Assembly: GCA_020353515.1 (NCBI GenBank) | Contig: CP070695.1 | Location: 2,514,055 to 2,578,054 of the forward strand | Source: Candidatus Heimdallarchaeota archaeon | GTDB taxonomy: Archaea; Asgardarchaeota; Heimdallarchaeia; Hodarchaeales; Hodarchaeaceae | DNA length: 64,000 nucleotides | Direction of reading: 5' to 3' | Shown: positions 18,634-29,491 of the stretch, piece after piece | Numbering within the stretch: position 1 is the first letter of the stretch | Layout of the letters: the number at the start of each line of letters is the position of its first letter | The notes under the pieces: generated by a model | The model's database searches: none | Seen by the model: the letters and a program-made list of their open reading frames with translations, nothing else | Told to the model about the DNA's origin: nothing | Translations under genes and position numbers: made by a program

Positions 18634-20451
18634 TCATCCAGTGATCGGTACCCAATCTAGACTTTGATGCTCATAATACTGCTTATAGAGTTGGCCATAT
18701 TTTCCTCCTTGAGCAAGCAAAGCCTCATGAGTCCCCTCTTCAATAATTTGCCCCTTTTCCATCACAATAATTCGGTCTGCATTCAGAATAGTGGAAAGCC
18801 TATGGGCAATAATGATTGAGGTCCGATTCTCAAGGAGGACTTCAAGTGCCTCTTGAATGATCGCTTCGGTGTAAGCATCCACCGATGACGTTGCTTCATC
18901 TAGAATAAGAATTTTTGGATCCGTTAGAAGCGCCCGAGCAAAGCTAATTAATTGTTTTTGACCTACAGAAAGCCCTCCTCCTCTTTCCCCCACTTGTGTT
19001 TGAATTCCATCATGTAAATATTCGATAAGTTCTTCTGCATGGACAGATCGAATGGCTTTCCATAGATCCTCTTCTGATGCATCTCGTCTACCATACCGAA
19101 TATTCTCCTCAATTGTCCCGGAAAAGAGAAAAACATCTTGTTGCACCATTCCGAGGTTCCGTCTATAAGAATCCAGTTTTAAATCTCTGATATCGATTCC
19201 ATCAATCTTAATGGATCCACCTTGAAATTCATAAAAACGAGCTAGAAGGTTAACTAAGCTGGATTTTCCCGCGCCTGTGTGACCGACTACTGCAAGTTTC
19301 TCTCCTTTTGCTATTTTTAAACTGAACCCTTTAAAGACCCATTCACCATCGTTTCTGTAACTAAAGTCAACATTTTCAAAAACAATCTCCCCCTCCAAGG
19401 CATCAACCCCGCGAAGCACTGGATTCTGCTTAACATTAGGTTTGGAATCTAATATATCTAGAATTCGTTCATATGCCGCCATCCCAGCACTCAGTTGAGG
19501 AAAAAAAGTAGCAAGAATCATGATAGGGCGAAAAAAACGCTGAATATACAATATATACATTAAAATAATTGCAGTGGTTGATACTCCCTGGAGTACAAGC
19601 TGACCACCTAGATACACTATTGTTACAAGTATTAAGGCGGTAATTGTTTCAAGGATTGCTCTCCAGACATGTGTCACTGCAGTCAATCGATAAGCTGTTC
19701 CAAAATACTCTTTATTTGTCTCATGAAACTGTTCAGAAACTGTAGCTTCTTGCCCATAACTTTTGCAGACTTGTATTCCTTCGATTGATTCAACCATGGC
19801 ATTGTTGATATTCCCTATTGACTTTCGATAAGCTCGACTCACGATTCTAGCAAGCTTCCGCAGAGAAAACATTAACACAAAGAGGAAAGGAACACCCGCT
19901 AGAGTAATCAGAGCTAAGGTTGGATTCAACCAGAAAAGAATTGCGAAGGTCAAGGCACTCACAAGTAAATTACCCATAGTGTCTGCTAAAAGGATCGTAG
20001 TGTTTCCAAAGTCTAAAGCATCATTTGATACTCTTGAATTCAGACTTCCACTCAGATGTTTGTCGTAAAAACTCATATCTTGCTCCTGTAACTTATCAAA
20101 GATATCCATACGAAGATTTTCTAGAAAATATGGCATGAAATTCCCAATCTCCCTACGACGGAGACTAAACATGACCCAAATTGCAGCGGATAAAATGAGA
20201 TATACAACACCAGCACCTAGAACTATTGAAAAATCACGATCTGGTTTTTCGAAAACATCAACGGCAAAACCAACAATGAGTGGAATAATTATATCAGCAA
20301 CAGTAGAAATTAGAATGAAAAGAGAAATAAGCGTGACACTCTTCTTGAACGGAACAATTCGGTGAGCATATCGAGTGAATAACTCTCGATCTGAATACTC
20401 TCGCTCTCGTTTTTCACTGAATACTCCGCGATAGAGTCCCATATTAATCAC
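18634..20451 (-). CDS. heterodimeric type IV ABC exporter subunit (TMD+NBD)
   Basis: GHTGAGKS, degenerate signature LSVGQ, canonical ILILDE. Confidence 0.93.
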   Translation of the reverse strand: MINMGLYRGVFSEKREREYSDRELFTRYAHRIVPFKKSVTLISLFILISTVADIIIPLIVGFAVDVFEKPDRDFSIVLGAGVVYLILSAAIWVMFSLRRREIGNFMPYFLENLRMDIFDKLQEQDMSFYDKHLSGSLNSRVSNDALDFGNTTILLADTMGNLLVSALTFAILFWLNPTLALITLAGVPFLFVLMFSLRKLARIVSRAYRKSIGNINNAMVESIEGIQVCKSYGQEATVSEQFHETNKEYFGTAYRLTAVTHVWRAILETITALILVTIVYLGGQLVLQGVSTTAIILMYILYIQRFFRPIMILATFFPQLSAGMAAYERILDILDSKPNVKQNPVLRGVDALEGEIVFENVDFSYRNDGEWVFKGFSLKIAKGEKLAVVGHTGAGKSSLVNLLARFYEFQGGSIKIDGIDIRDLKLDSYRRNLGMVQQDVFLFSGTIEENIRYGRRDASEEDLWKAIRSVHAEELIEYLHDGIQTQVGERGGGLSVGQKQLISFARALLTDPKILILDEATSSVDAYTEAIIQEALEVLLENRTSIIIAHRLSTILNADRIIVMEKGQIIEEGTHEALLAQGGKYGQLYKQYYEHQSLDWVPITG

Positions 20452-20454
20452 ACA

Positions 20455-22227
20455 TTAATTTTTCACTATTAATTCTGGTAAAATAAGATGTTTACCAAAG
20501 ATCCGTCTGTAATCTTCTGAACTCTGTAGTAATTCATTGTGACTCCCCTCAGCGACATTTCTTCCCCGTTTAAGTACAATAATTTTGTCAGAAGTTCGGA
20601 TTGTATGCAATCGATGAGTGATGACTAGAGTTGTTCTATTCCTGATTACATTCTCCATTGCTTGTGTTATCTTTTCCTCTGTCTCGCTATCTACTGCAGA
20701 TACGGAATCGTCAAGAATAAGAATTTCAGGGTCAGTCAAGAATGCACGAGCAATAGCAACACGCTGTTTTTCTCCACCAGAGAGACGTGTTCCTCTCTCT
20801 CCGACAATGGTGTTATATTCTTCAGGAAACTCCAAAGCGAATTCTTCAACTTGAGCAAGCTTTGCTGCATCCATAATTGCTTCATGGGTTGCACTCGGTC
20901 TACCAAACGCGATATTATCACTTATCGTACGCGAAAAAAGATAGATATCTTGCTCTATATACCCAATGTGCCGTCTTAATTGATCAAGAGGATAATTTCG
21001 AATATCTATCCCATCTAATAAGATGGTTCCCTCTTGGGGTTCATAAAGACGTAAAAGCAACTTCACCAGAGTCGTTTTACCGCATCCCGTTGGACCTACA
21101 AGAGCTACTCGTTGATATGGCTCGATTTTGAAAGATAGATTCTTTAAAATCGGAGTATTTTTTGTTCCATCATCTCCATAAGCAAAAGTCACATCTCTAA
21201 ACTCAATTGTACCTTTAAAAGTATCTGGCCAAGTGAGAGCACTTTCTTGTTGTTCTTCCTCTTCCAATGACAAACTTGTATATAATCGTGAACATGCAGC
21301 AAAACCACTCATCATATCATTAGTAGCCCAAAAGATCATATTAGTAGGATCAATGAGAGTGATTAAGAGTAAATTAGCTGCAATCAATGCCCCTATCGTT
21401 AACGTACCCTCGAATACAAATACACAACTCATAAGAAATGTCACGCCTATTGCTAAATACAGTACTAATAATGGATAAAATCTTGCCTGAACTTTTGTCT
21501 CTCCAATCCGATTGTCCCGAAAGCCGATTACTGCTATGTGAAATTTTTCCCGTTCCAATTCTTCTGCAGTGAATGATCGTACAATCGCAACACCACTTAT
21601 GCTGTCCTGTAACACTACAGCCACATTTGAGTGGGTAACCATTCGGCCAGCAGCCCATGGAGCAATTTTCTTTCGGTAATCTAATATAAAAATCATGTAG
21701 AAAATAATGAAGGGGGAACAAATCAAGGCGAGTCTGAGATCAAGGGTTACTATCAATAGAAATGCTGCCATTATAACTTGAAAGAACGGATATAGGTAAA
21801 AGGCCCCATGAGAAATCATAGTATTGATAATGCGTAAATCATTAGTTGCTAGAGCTTGGAGATCACCTGTGCGTGCTTTATCATGATACCGTAATGGTTT
21901 ATATTGAAGGGTGTCGAAGAATTCTTGCCGCATATTTTGTTCAGTCTTTAACCCTAAATAATGCCCGATCATCATTGTTATATAATCCATAGCATTCCGA
22001 GTAACAAAAACTGCAAGTGCAACGGCGAGTAACAGTACTAAATTAGCTAAATCACGGGTTACAAGAGTTGTATCTATGATATATCCAATAACAATTGGAA
22101 TGATGACCCTTGAGAAGGTAACAATAATAATACCAACAAGAACACCCACCACCAAGGATTTTTGCCTAGCAAGATGGTATAAAAACCACTTCCTATAGCT
22201 CGATATCTTTGTTAAATCCAAACTCAT
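20455..22227 (-). CDS. heterodimeric type IV ABC exporter subunit (TMD+NBD)
   Basis: GPTGCGKT, LSGGE, degenerate Walker B ILILDD. Confidence 0.93.
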   Translation of the reverse strand: MSLDLTKISSYRKWFLYHLARQKSLVVGVLVGIIIVTFSRVIIPIVIGYIIDTTLVTRDLANLVLLLAVALAVFVTRNAMDYITMMIGHYLGLKTEQNMRQEFFDTLQYKPLRYHDKARTGDLQALATNDLRIINTMISHGAFYLYPFFQVIMAAFLLIVTLDLRLALICSPFIIFYMIFILDYRKKIAPWAAGRMVTHSNVAVVLQDSISGVAIVRSFTAEELEREKFHIAVIGFRDNRIGETKVQARFYPLLVLYLAIGVTFLMSCVFVFEGTLTIGALIAANLLLITLIDPTNMIFWATNDMMSGFAACSRLYTSLSLEEEEQQESALTWPDTFKGTIEFRDVTFAYGDDGTKNTPILKNLSFKIEPYQRVALVGPTGCGKTTLVKLLLRLYEPQEGTILLDGIDIRNYPLDQLRRHIGYIEQDIYLFSRTISDNIAFGRPSATHEAIMDAAKLAQVEEFALEFPEEYNTIVGERGTRLSGGEKQRVAIARAFLTDPEILILDDSVSAVDSETEEKITQAMENVIRNRTTLVITHRLHTIRTSDKIIVLKRGRNVAEGSHNELLQSSEDYRRIFGKHLILPELIVKN

Positions 22228-22396
22228 TCTATTTTCGCATTCCTCTGGTAAATCCTTTACTTAGATAAGGAAAATCATTGATTTAATTTAATTATTCTGT
22301 AATAATATTATAATTGGTACAAAAATTAGAGAGATTCTACTCCAAAACTAGCTTACAATTAGTGAGTAATGGAAGCTTTTCGAATGATATTATCAA

Positions 22397-22795
22397 TCAA
22401 TAAGTCGCTAAATTCCTCACAAAATTTAAAACCCATGTCAGAAAAATTCCCAACCCAAGAATCCAAATAAGAATAATGACCACGGTTGTTTTCTTCCCTA
22501 CGGGTACCTCTGTAAATTCTTCTTCCAATACCTTCTTACGACATTCCTCCATTATTTCTTTCGGAATCAATTTGAGAGCCAAAGATATTCCTAATGGAAC
22601 TAGGATCAAATCATCTATGTAACCTAGAATAGGAATGAAATCGGGTACTAGATCAATTGGACAGAAAGCATACCCAATGACGACTCCCAAAAATAAACGT
22701 TTCCACCTAGAGACGCGTGAGTCTTTATACACAAGATAAAGGGTGTATGTCTCTTTCTTAAGGTTAGACGCCTTAAGTTTTATTTTTGATAGCAA
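22397..22795 (-). CDS. YkvA/DUF1232 family protein
   Basis: YAFCPIDLVPDFIPILGYIDD. Confidence 0.9.
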   Translation of the reverse strand: MLSKIKLKASNLKKETYTLYLVYKDSRVSRWKRLFLGVVIGYAFCPIDLVPDFIPILGYIDDLILVPLGISLALKLIPKEIMEECRKKVLEEEFTEVPVGKKTTVVIILIWILGLGIFLTWVLNFVRNLATY

Positions 22796-22869
22796 GATGA
22801 TTTCCTTTTATTCTAGAGTTCGATATTGTACTCTAGAAGGGAAAGGTTTTATTTGATTCGATCCCGTTT

Positions 22870-23538
22870 CTAGCGAACTGTTAACAAGGGAGCCCTTTTA
22901 TGAATTTCTATGAACTTCAGAATATTAACCCCAAGTAATGAGAAAGCCTCGGCGATATTTACTTCAGTTTTAGCAGAAGTCTCAATGAAATGACATTGAA
23001 ATCCATCAGCTTCGGTCAGATTACTAAGATTGTTAGTAAAGGCCCATCCCTGATTACGAGAAATAGGATTATCTGCAATGGCACTCAAATCCATTTTATT
23101 TGCGACAACAACAATAGGTACACGACCACGTCCATTATTTGTCCATAGCTCGTTAATCCATTTAGGTGTATTATAGAAAGAATCTGGTCGAGTGATATCA
23201 TACACTAATAACCCTCCTACGCAGCCTTTGTAATAAGCTTCCCTGACACCATCAAAGCGGTCTTGACCTGCTAAATCCCAAATTTGATATCGGACTGGAA
23301 ATCCATTGATGCTATCATCACGCATTGCGAAATCAGCGCCAACCGTTAGAAAATACTGAGCCTTAAATCCGTTCCCTATATAACGCTCACGAATAGATGT
23401 TTTACCGACCCCACCATCACCAATTAGTGCGATCTTATATACTACCATTCTTAACCTCTCTTCTTCAAGCATCAGATTTTCGTCGGGAAAAAGTAAGATA
23501 AGACATGACTTTTCCCTACAAATGGTTATGAAAACCAC
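22870..23538 (-). CDS. Rab-like small GTPase, paralog of 2510-3172 (likely start ATG 23448)
   Basis: GDGGVGKT, TVGADF, WDLAGQ, NKMD, ETSAK. Confidence 0.93.
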   Translation of the reverse strand: MVFITICREKSCLILLFPDENLMLEEERLRMVVYKIALIGDGGVGKTSIRERYIGNGFKAQYFLTVGADFAMRDDSINGFPVRYQIWDLAGQDRFDGVREAYYKGCVGGLLVYDITRPDSFYNTPKWINELWTNNGRGRVPIVVVANKMDLSAIADNPISRNQGWAFTNNLSNLTEADGFQCHFIETSAKTEVNIAEAFSLLGVNILKFIEIHKRAPLLTVR

Positions 23539-23730
23539 ACTCTAATAAAGAATTAAGATACTTAAAAGTGACAGTTTCTATTAATAAGTGACTTAATTGA
23601 TTTTTTGAAGATATCTCGTCTGTTCCTCAAGATTATCCTCTAAGGAATGATGGAACCTTATCTATCCTTTCTTCATCATAACGGCTTACCTCGAAATAAA
23701 GCTTAATATAAGGGATATACCTCCTAAAAA

Positions 23731-24486
23731 TTGAAACAGAAATTAAATGGATGGTTGAGTCCGTTGACACACATTCAGTTTTTTGGATATAATGCTTTTA
23801 AGATTCAAGAAGACGATTTACGAATAATCATTGATCCAGGCCGAAATCTAAAATGGAATAAACTGAATAGCTTGATTCCTAAACAAGAATGGGATGTTGA
23901 CTATATTTTCATTACCCACGAACATGATGATCACGCTGATTTTGCAATCAAAATAGCTAAACATTCAGACGCTAAAATTATCTGTCATATGAACCTACAA
24001 CCGAAATATTCCAAGAAATTACCTAAAGACAGAGTTATTGGTTTGAATCCAGACATAAAAACTACATTAAATGGACTAGTCATTGAGACTTTTTCAGTGC
24101 TTCATGGTAAAGCAACCATACGCATTCTCAAAAGAAAATTCACAATCTCTCCAAAAAGTTCATCTTTAGGATTTAGCATCTTTCTAACAGAAAAATCACT
24201 TATGAACTTAGGGGATACAATCTTCCTCCCAGAATGGAAAGATAATCCCCCCCCGAAACATCCTGATATATTGATGATTCCTACTGGAGGTCAGATGACG
24301 ATGGATCCAATAGAAGCATCAGAGTTTGTGAAAGTAGTTAAACCTAAAGTTGTGATTCCGTGCCACTATCGCTGGCATATTTTATTTTATAAAAGAAGAA
24401 GTGATATCTCACTTTTGAGAAAAACATGTGAAGAAAATGATATAATCTTCAAAGAGATGATACCAAGGGAAAAATGGGAATATTAA
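23731..24486 (+). CDS. MBL-fold metallo-hydrolase
   Basis: THEHDDH, GDT, IPCHY. Confidence 0.88.
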   Translation: MKQKLNGWLSPLTHIQFFGYNAFKIQEDDLRIIIDPGRNLKWNKLNSLIPKQEWDVDYIFITHEHDDHADFAIKIAKHSDAKIICHMNLQPKYSKKLPKDRVIGLNPDIKTTLNGLVIETFSVLHGKATIRILKRKFTISPKSSSLGFSIFLTEKSLMNLGDTIFLPEWKDNPPPKHPDILMIPTGGQMTMDPIEASEFVKVVKPKVVIPCHYRWHILFYKRRSDISLLRKTCEENDIIFKEMIPREKWEY

Positions 24487-24516
24487 TGATAGTTCACACA
24501 TGATATTGAAAAGGTT

Positions 24517-24731
24517 TTATTCTTTCTTCAATCGAATAATGGAACTGAATGAGGGAACGAATCCTTCAAAATCGACTAATCCTTTTTCTTTCATGGTTTT
24601 AAGACGTAAACGAATGCCTTCAAATTTATCTGCAAGAGTTTCATTCAAAGTTTTATAATCTAGTTCCCCCCATGTTCTTCTAGAACTTTCATGATTTCCT
24701 GGTATTCGGGTTCATAGCCAATTGGTTCCAT
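24517..24731 (-). pseudogene. small winged-helix-like protein (71 aa) split by a 1-nt frameshift in a G6 tract
   Basis: ATG 24731 with GGTGA SD; adding one G gives MEPIGYEPEYQEIMKVLEEHGGELDYKTLNETLADKFEGIRLRLKTMKEKGLVDFEGFVPSFSSIIRLKKE*. Confidence 0.7.
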
Positions 24732-25465
24732 TTTCACCAGCTCGCTTCTTTATTGATTATTCTTGTCTATACTTCTTCACTTATTAAGTCAGGTGTATGA
24801 AATCTGTAATTTCCTACAGTGTCGATTATCAGTTATGGCTCCAAGATAGAATAATCGCCAGACAATACGAATAAGCGAATTTAATCATTTGATTGATTAC
24901 TTTCCTCCTCACTAGTCCTAGAATACCATTGGGGTTCTAATACTAACTGGCCATCATACTTTAAAAATTCAAGTATTTTTCGCACTTGTTTTCTTCTTTC
25001 AAGAGACACTACGGTTTCCTCTTTCAACGTCATGATCGAACACGTTTTTATATGATCTACATCAACCGTATCCTTAAGACAGGTAATAATTCTGACTTTT
25101 CATTCTTAAAAAACCCTGAATAAATTATCCGAAAAAATAGATTATATTACTCAATAAGATCAATAGAATCAGCTAGAGGATTGAATCCATTAATTCCACA
25201 ACTCCAACAAAATTTTACACACTTATGTATACACAGAAAACTATTGAAAACGATGAAAACCTAGGAAGAGGTTAGTAAAAATTAACAATTTGATTTTTAA
25301 TAGATCAGTGAATAAATTAAGGTCAGATATTTATAAATATTTGTTTGAATCCGTATACAGCGTAAACGGTAATTATAAATAATTGTTTAGCTTATCTACT
25401 AACTGGAATTCAGACTAGTTGGAAGCTGAATACCTCAAAAGTAGTATTAACAAGGTGAGACATAG

Positions 25466-25894
25466 ATGGAAAAATTTAATGTAAGTCGAATAGGTTTAGG
25501 ATTATTTTATTTAATTGCAGGGGTGGTCAATCTGGTCCACACGATACATAATACCCATTATTTGTGGAGTGTATGCCTAGAAAATGTTCACTTCTCATTT
25601 TATAAAGAATTTCTCGAACAAATCGTCATCCCAAATGAGATACTGATTATTTTACTGGTTATTGTCTTTGAATTCATAGTAGGGATCCTTATTCTTAGTA
25701 AAGAATTCTTTGTTAAAATTGGGTTATCATTAGCAATCCTATGGGTTTTAATTATTGCCCCGTTCCTCCCATGGGTTGATGTCTTTGGTCATCTAGTCTT
25801 GGGTATGTTCCAAGCACTTCTTTTGATAGGAAACTATGAAACAACTGTTTTGGAGATAATACAATCTAAAATATCAAAAGAACATTTTTACTGA
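25466..25894 (+). CDS. DoxX-like membrane protein
   Basis: 4 TM, FEFIVGILIL; GGTGA SD. Confidence 0.6.
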   Translation: MEKFNVSRIGLGLFYLIAGVVNLVHTIHNTHYLWSVCLENVHFSFYKEFLEQIVIPNEILIILLVIVFEFIVGILILSKEFFVKIGLSLAILWVLIIAPFLPWVDVFGHLVLGMFQALLLIGNYETTVLEIIQSKISKEHFY

Positions 25895-25964
25895 TATAGT
25901 AAGCCTAATATGACTACACTCATAATCGAATCTTAATTTTCAAATAGAACAAATAATTCCAACA

Positions 25965-27653
25965 GTGTTTTATTTCTTGAAATACTATCGATTATTAATG
26001 AGTGTGTCTATAATGCGTTTAATGACATTCCCCAGACTGGTAGTACTGAGAAAAATTACCTCACATCGTTCAGGACTTACAATGTGGATGTTTCTAGCTA
26101 TTTCCCTTATTCTTCCCAATCAAGGATCTATCTTTCTAGATCAAAGTTTTGGAATAAATACTGAATCTATCACTTCTAATCATAATAATTTATCAGTTAT
26201 TCTGATGATTGGAGATGGAATGGGATTTGAGCACGTTAAGCTGGCTCAATGGGTTGAAAAGGGTGTTAATGGGACATTAAGTATGCAAGAGCTTCCCATA
26301 CAAGGTGAAGTCCAAACTCGTAACATAGAGAATACGATCACTGATAGTGCAGCAAGTGGAACGGCAATGGCAACTGGTTACAAAACATATAATGGAATAT
26401 TATCCTTTACTCTTACTAATGTTGAATTACCATCTATTTTGGAATTATCTCAACAATTAAACAAATCAACTGGCGTTGTTACTACTACTGAGGTCACACA
26501 TGCAACCCCTGCATCCTTTTATTCTCATGTTCTTAGTCGAAATGATGAAATAACTATTGCCCACCAACTTGTAACAAGTGGAGTAAATGTTGTTATGGGA
26601 GGTGGGAGAAACATATTTATCACTTACCAACAAGAGTTACAAGCTAAAGGTTACACAATTGTCAATAATCGATCTGAACTTCATTCTGTAACTGGAGATA
26701 AGGTTTTTGGGCTTTTTACCGACGATGCATTACCTTATGAACAATATCGCGATAATAACACCATTCCTTCGTTGTCCGAAATGACAAATAAATCCTTGGA
26801 GCTATTATCCCAAGATGAGGATGGTTTTTTTCTCATGGTAGAAGGAGGTCAAATCGATTGGGCGAATCATGCGAATAATGGTGTAAACACGGCTCTTGAA
26901 ACCATAGAATTTGACAAGGCTGTAAGAACAGCAATTGAGTTCGTTAACACTCATGATAATGCAATTTTAATTGTAACAGCGGATCACGAAACAGGTGGGT
27001 TAACTCTTACATCCGAGTCGTTAACCACTCCGCTTCCAGCAGAAAATAATTTAGAAGAATATAACGATGAACTCCGAATTAACCGTACGAGAGAGATCTC
27101 CCTTTCATGGAGTACAGGAGGTCACAGTCTCGCGAATGTGCCGATATTTGCATGGGGAGAAAGTTTAACAGCAATATCTAACACCACCATTGACAACACC
27201 CAGATTTATGCTCTAATGAAAAATTTCATCCTACCAGACGATAGAGGAAAACCAGCAATTACGATAGTCTACCCAGAAAACAAGACTTATAATATTTCAA
27301 GGATCACTTTGTCAATTAGTTCAAATGAATCTCTTCCATGGGTGGTGTATTCTCTCAATAATGGTCCAAATGTCACAGTTCCCCTATTAATAAAATCATT
27401 CACCTTCCTTGCAGACGGAAGTCATTTAATCAAAATTTATGGTAATGATACTATGGGTAATATGGGTAGTACAGAGGTCTATTTCACAATTAAAACTAGC
27501 TTCGATGAATCATCGTCCACTCTTGTAAGCTCGACCACCTCAAGTACCTCAACTACATCAACCACCCCAACCACATCCATCGGTCTTACCTGGATTTTCC
27601 CAATCCTTCTCTTTCCAATCCTAATCATACGGAAGAAAAGAAAATCACTTTAG
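25965..27653 (+). CDS. membrane-anchored alkaline phosphatase with Ig-like domain and S/T linker (start likely downstream)
   Basis: IGDGMG, TDSAASGTA, THATPA, VEGGQIDWANH, TADHETGG; C-terminal TM plus RKKRK. Confidence 0.92.
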   Translation: MFYFLKYYRLLMSVSIMRLMTFPRLVVLRKITSHRSGLTMWMFLAISLILPNQGSIFLDQSFGINTESITSNHNNLSVILMIGDGMGFEHVKLAQWVEKGVNGTLSMQELPIQGEVQTRNIENTITDSAASGTAMATGYKTYNGILSFTLTNVELPSILELSQQLNKSTGVVTTTEVTHATPASFYSHVLSRNDEITIAHQLVTSGVNVVMGGGRNIFITYQQELQAKGYTIVNNRSELHSVTGDKVFGLFTDDALPYEQYRDNNTIPSLSEMTNKSLELLSQDEDGFFLMVEGGQIDWANHANNGVNTALETIEFDKAVRTAIEFVNTHDNAILIVTADHETGGLTLTSESLTTPLPAENNLEEYNDELRINRTREISLSWSTGGHSLANVPIFAWGESLTAISNTTIDNTQIYALMKNFILPDDRGKPAITIVYPENKTYNISRITLSISSNESLPWVVYSLNNGPNVTVPLLIKSFTFLADGSHLIKIYGNDTMGNMGSTEVYFTIKTSFDESSSTLVSSTTSSTSTTSTTPTTSIGLTWIFPILLFPILIIRKKRKSL

Positions 27654-27662
27654 ATCTAACAC

Positions 27663-27986
27663 TCACAATTCTTTATCTTTTTCTAATTTATCAACAAAGG
27701 CCTTTAATTGAACCAGTGTATTATGATAAACTTGAATTCCATTTTGTGTGATATCAACAAGCGCCCGTGGGCCTTTAAGGGTTATAACATGTCTTTGTTC
27801 TATGTATTGAGCTTTCTGTAACTGTTTTATGTGAGCTGTAAGCGCTCCCCATGTTAGTTGACATTTTTTTTGGAGATCTCCTTGAGTCAACGGGCCAAGT
27901 GCAACAAGTAGACTGATAATTAACAAACGTTTGGCATTAAATAGTACAGGATCAATTTCCCGAAAATTATTGACCCAATCAGTCAC
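27663..27986 (-). CDS. winged-helix transcriptional regulator (HTH_34/ArsR-like)
   Basis: RLLIISLL, LTWGALTAHIKQLQKAQYI, ITQNG. Confidence 0.85.
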   Translation of the reverse strand: MTDWVNNFREIDPVLFNAKRLLIISLLVALGPLTQGDLQKKCQLTWGALTAHIKQLQKAQYIEQRHVITLKGPRALVDITQNGIQVYHNTLVQLKAFVDKLEKDKEL

Positions 27987-28591
27987 TTAGTAACAACCTT
28001 CTTCTCAGCTTGATACATTGAATATGAGGTGCTCAGAGAAGCTAAGATTAATGCTATTCCTGGAGTTATGAATATGTTTGGTTCACCTGGTTGCAAGAGG
28101 AGAACTAAAAGTACAATTGGGGAAAAAAATACTAAGGCCAATCCAAGTAACAAGATAGGCCTAGCAAAAAGCATATCATTCGAGAAGTGTTTTTGTTCTG
28201 AAGTTATACCAATAGCTAAACTCCCAAAACCAAGAAGGGGAAACCATAGAAAATATGTTGAAATGGGATTACCTAAGAGAAAATTGATAACATACCCGAA
28301 GATAATTATCGCAGGATAAGCTATCACCCAGAGGCCCATCCTGATTCTCCTTAGTACATGTCTATATACGAAAAGATGAAGAAATACCGCACCAATTGAG
28401 ACAATCACCCAAAATATTAAAAATACTATCCAGTATGGCTCAAAAAATGACTGTACAATAATTAAACTGCTACTGATGATCGTCATGATGACTAAATTAC
28501 CTAAGGCATAAGCAAGAGTTTGACGATAGACTGATAAATCAGCAGATACCTGCATCAATTGTGTAAAATTGACAATATCCTTTTCTTCCAC
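27983..28591 (-). CDS. 6-TM membrane protein overlapping the wHTH gene
   Basis: Hydrophobic profile; 4-nt overlap. Confidence 0.75.
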   Translation of the reverse strand: MEEKDIVNFTQLMQVSADLSVYRQTLAYALGNLVIMTIISSSLIIVQSFFEPYWIVFLIFWVIVSIGAVFLHLFVYRHVLRRIRMGLWVIAYPAIIIFGYVINFLLGNPISTYFLWFPLLGFGSLAIGITSEQKHFSNDMLFARPILLLGLALVFFSPIVLLVLLLQPGEPNIFITPGIALILASLSTSYSMYQAEKKVVTK

Positions 28592-28672
28592 ATCTAATTG
28601 CTCCTGATTAATTCAATTCAGTAAAACAAATGAGTCTTAAAAGATTTCTAAAAAGAAGGGAGGGGTAATAGA

Positions 28673-29491
28673 TTACAATGTTTTTTTCTGGAATAATTTG
28701 ATACCAATGAAAATAGTTCCTAATAAGATGAAGAGAATGATGACTAACGATCCCCAAAGAGGAAGAATACTAAATTCTGCTTGAAATATATTTTGAGAAT
28801 TTAGTCTCAAAGTATCACTCCATAAATCATCGCCTAGTATTATTACCTGTTGATATAATTGATTTACCCAGAACGGAGGACAGAGATACACAATGGGACT
28901 TTCAAAGGGGATCATAGACCCACTGAGAAAAATAATAGGCATAACATACATCATGGAGAAACCAACAGCCGCATTTGCTGTTTTAGCATAAGCTGAAATA
29001 ATGATTCCAATTCCCAAGGTTGAGAGACCAAAAATAAAGATAATCAGAAAACCCAAGAAAAGAAGATTGAGGTTATTTTTGTACCACTGAGCTCCAAGTA
29101 AGCCATAACTAATTGTAAACATCAAAACAAGTTGTATAATAAGGAAAACGGATTCACTTACTAATGTTCCAATGAATATCTTAGCTCGTCCAACTGGGGT
29201 TGTATCAAGCCTGGTTAACGTTAAACGTTCTTTCTCAATAGTGAGCGAAGTTGCTGCATTTATTGTCCCAAAAGAGGCGGTATATATCAACATGCCAGAG
29301 ACAGCCATATCAAAAACGGTTATTCCACTAATTGACACTGTCATTGGCTTAAATATAAAATAAAACAGGATAGTAAACAGTAATGGAAAACCAAACGAAT
29401 AAAGATACGTTTGACGATTCCTCAGTTTGATTTTCAGATTTTTTGCAGCGATTGCGTTAATAATCGGGAAATCCTGTTGTAAGAAACTCAT
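28673..29491 (-). CDS. ABC-2 type exporter permease
   Basis: EKERLTLTRLDTTP, FLSGSMIP. Confidence 0.88.
   Translation of the reverse strand: MSFLQQDFPIINAIAAKNLKIKLRNRQTYLYSFGFPLLFTILFYFIFKPMTVSISGITVFDMAVSGMLIYTASFGTINAATSLTIEKERLTLTRLDTTPVGRAKIFIGTLVSESVFLIIQLVLMFTISYGLLGAQWYKNNLNLLFLGFLIIFIFGLSTLGIGIIISAYAKTANAAVGFSMMYVMPIIFLSGSMIPFESPIVYLCPPFWVNQLYQQVIILGDDLWSDTLRLNSQNIFQAEFSILPLWGSLVIILFILLGTIFIGIKLFQKKTL

Noticed and set aside
24880-25240. Coding-like minus-strand fragments including KFCWSCG
   Set aside because: Multiple stops and frameshifts; cannot be assigned to a family
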